This document shows, in pieces, positions 35,192 through 35,854 of a stretch of DNA of 35,854 nucleotides. A program made the position numbers and the translations under genes. The notes beneath the pieces were generated by a model. It saw nothing but the letters and a program-made list of their open reading frames with translations, did not search any database and had not been told where the DNA came from. Source of the stretch: a virus (taxonomy: Duplodnaviria; Caudoviricetes). The stretch covers positions 1-35,854 of IMG/VR virus record IMGVR_UViG_3300020719_000006; one strand, 5' to 3'. Numbering within the stretch: the first letter of the stretch is position 1; every line of letters begins with the position of its first letter.

Positions 35192-35360
35192 ATTCTCTCT
35201 ACTAAATAGCTCAATTGTATCATGCAGTGTCAAGTCATTGGCATCGCTTCGCTCATCCAAGCAAGCAGGCTATACCATGACAAGTCATGGAGCCCTGCTA
35301 GCTCGGCTGTCCACTGCCTCGCCACAACACATGACCCAATAGAGCTGTGTAAGAGAGAAT
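35192..35360. ncRNA. Candidate structured element (long rod-like imperfect inverted repeat)
   Basis: Nested pairings ATTCTCTCT/AGAGAGAAT, AGCTC/GAGCT, ATTG/CAAT, TCATG/CATGA, TGGC/GCCA, AGCAGG/CCTGCT and CCATGA/TCATGG. Expression and strand unknown. Confidence 0.45.
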
Positions 35361-35395
35361 CTTATACATTTTTTTAACTTACTCTGGAGTTTATT

Positions 35396-35485
35396 ATGAC
35401 AAATCTCAAAGCAATTCTTATCACTGTAGTATTTTTCGCCATTTGCTTAGCTATCTGGCACTTAACCAACATTCATTATCTGTAA
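35396..35485 (+). CDS. 29-aa single-TM peptide
   Basis: GGAG at 35386-35389, then MTNLKAILITVVFFAICLAIWHLTNIHYL*. Confidence 0.6.
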   Translation: MTNLKAILITVVFFAICLAIWHLTNIHYL

Positions 35486-35493
35486 TACCTCCA

Positions 35494-35522
35494 GCGGGTG
35501 TCGTCGCTTTGGGCGACACCGC
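35494..35522 (+). terminator. GC-rich hairpin after the small peptide ORF (terminator or processing site)
   Basis: GGTGTCGTC...GGCGACACC stem followed by CTTATTCAATTATTT. Confidence 0.45.
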
Positions 35523-35557
35523 CTTATTCAATTATTTCATAGAAAGATATACATATC

Positions 35558-35854
35558 ATGTTATTTAACATCCTAAACAACAAAACACTCCGTCAAACAT
35601 TAGCTATCCCAGCTGATGAAGGACTTGACGACATGGCTCTTGAACTAGGTTGGAGAATGCTAGTACCAGCCTTACCTGAGAGGTTAGTGAGTCCTAACAT
35701 CATGAAGCGTGAGGCTTGGGAGTGGAATCTGTACCTATACGATGCTATGAATAGTGGTGATACGCTATTGATGGTTGATGATGCCCGCTTCTCACCTTAT
35801 GTAGAAGATGTAGCTGACGAGTACGAGCAAGAGTCTGACTGCCTCCCAGATGAC
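35558..35854 (+). CDS. Acidic hypothetical early protein, 3'-truncated by the window edge
   Basis: 99 open codons from ATG 35558: MLFNILNNKTLRQ...VEDVADEYEQESDCLPDD. Confidence 0.65.
   Translation, partial: MLFNILNNKTLRQTLAIPADEGLDDMALELGWRMLVPALPERLVSPNIMKREAWEWNLYLYDAMNSGDTLLMVDDARFSPYVEDVADEYEQESDCLPDD

Noticed and set aside
34270-35395. tRNA genes
   Set aside because: No cloverleaf with T-loop GTTCRA and D-loop consensus found by eye.
1-35854. Stop-codon reassignment
   Set aside because: Long genes are intact under the standard code, and TAA, TAG and TGA all end genes at sensible positions.

Overview
This window is about 36 kb of a tailed dsDNA phage genome with podovirus-type organisation, roughly 40% GC by eye and read with the standard genetic code. 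The + strand (1-7753) is the end of a replication and nucleotide-metabolism arm. It holds a family A DNA polymerase split into two ORFs with a small ORF wedged at the break, a putative SSB, a 5'-3' exonuclease, a T7 gp3-like endonuclease I, an HslV-like Ntn peptidase, an RNase H-like exonuclease, a DUF5664-like dNTP diphosphohydrolase and a class II ribonucleotide reductase. The - strand (34269 down to 7787) is one long late operon: terminase, portal, GroES, scaffold, an inserted endonuclease VII, major capsid, decoration and fibre genes, P22-like gp4/gp10 tail genes, a GNAT, four ejection-type proteins (the largest with an intact thermonuclease domain), a PurD-like ATP-grasp ligase and a lysis cassette. 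The two arms converge on a shared terminator at about 7760-7790. The region 34270-35395 is a non-coding control region with back-to-back consensus sigma70 promoters, four TGTTG-N8-CAACA palindromes (three at an exact 42-bp period), an AT-rich tract, G-runs and a ~170-nt rod-like fold, followed by the first early genes. The most notable candidates are (i) the GNAT / ejection proteins / thermonuclease / PurD-like ligase block, (ii) the precisely split polymerase, (iii) relics of a collapsed fibre-chaperone array, (iv) a homing-type endonuclease that duplicates the host gene's C-terminus and (v) the structured non-coding region. All product calls rest on motif recognition and gene order; no searches were run.
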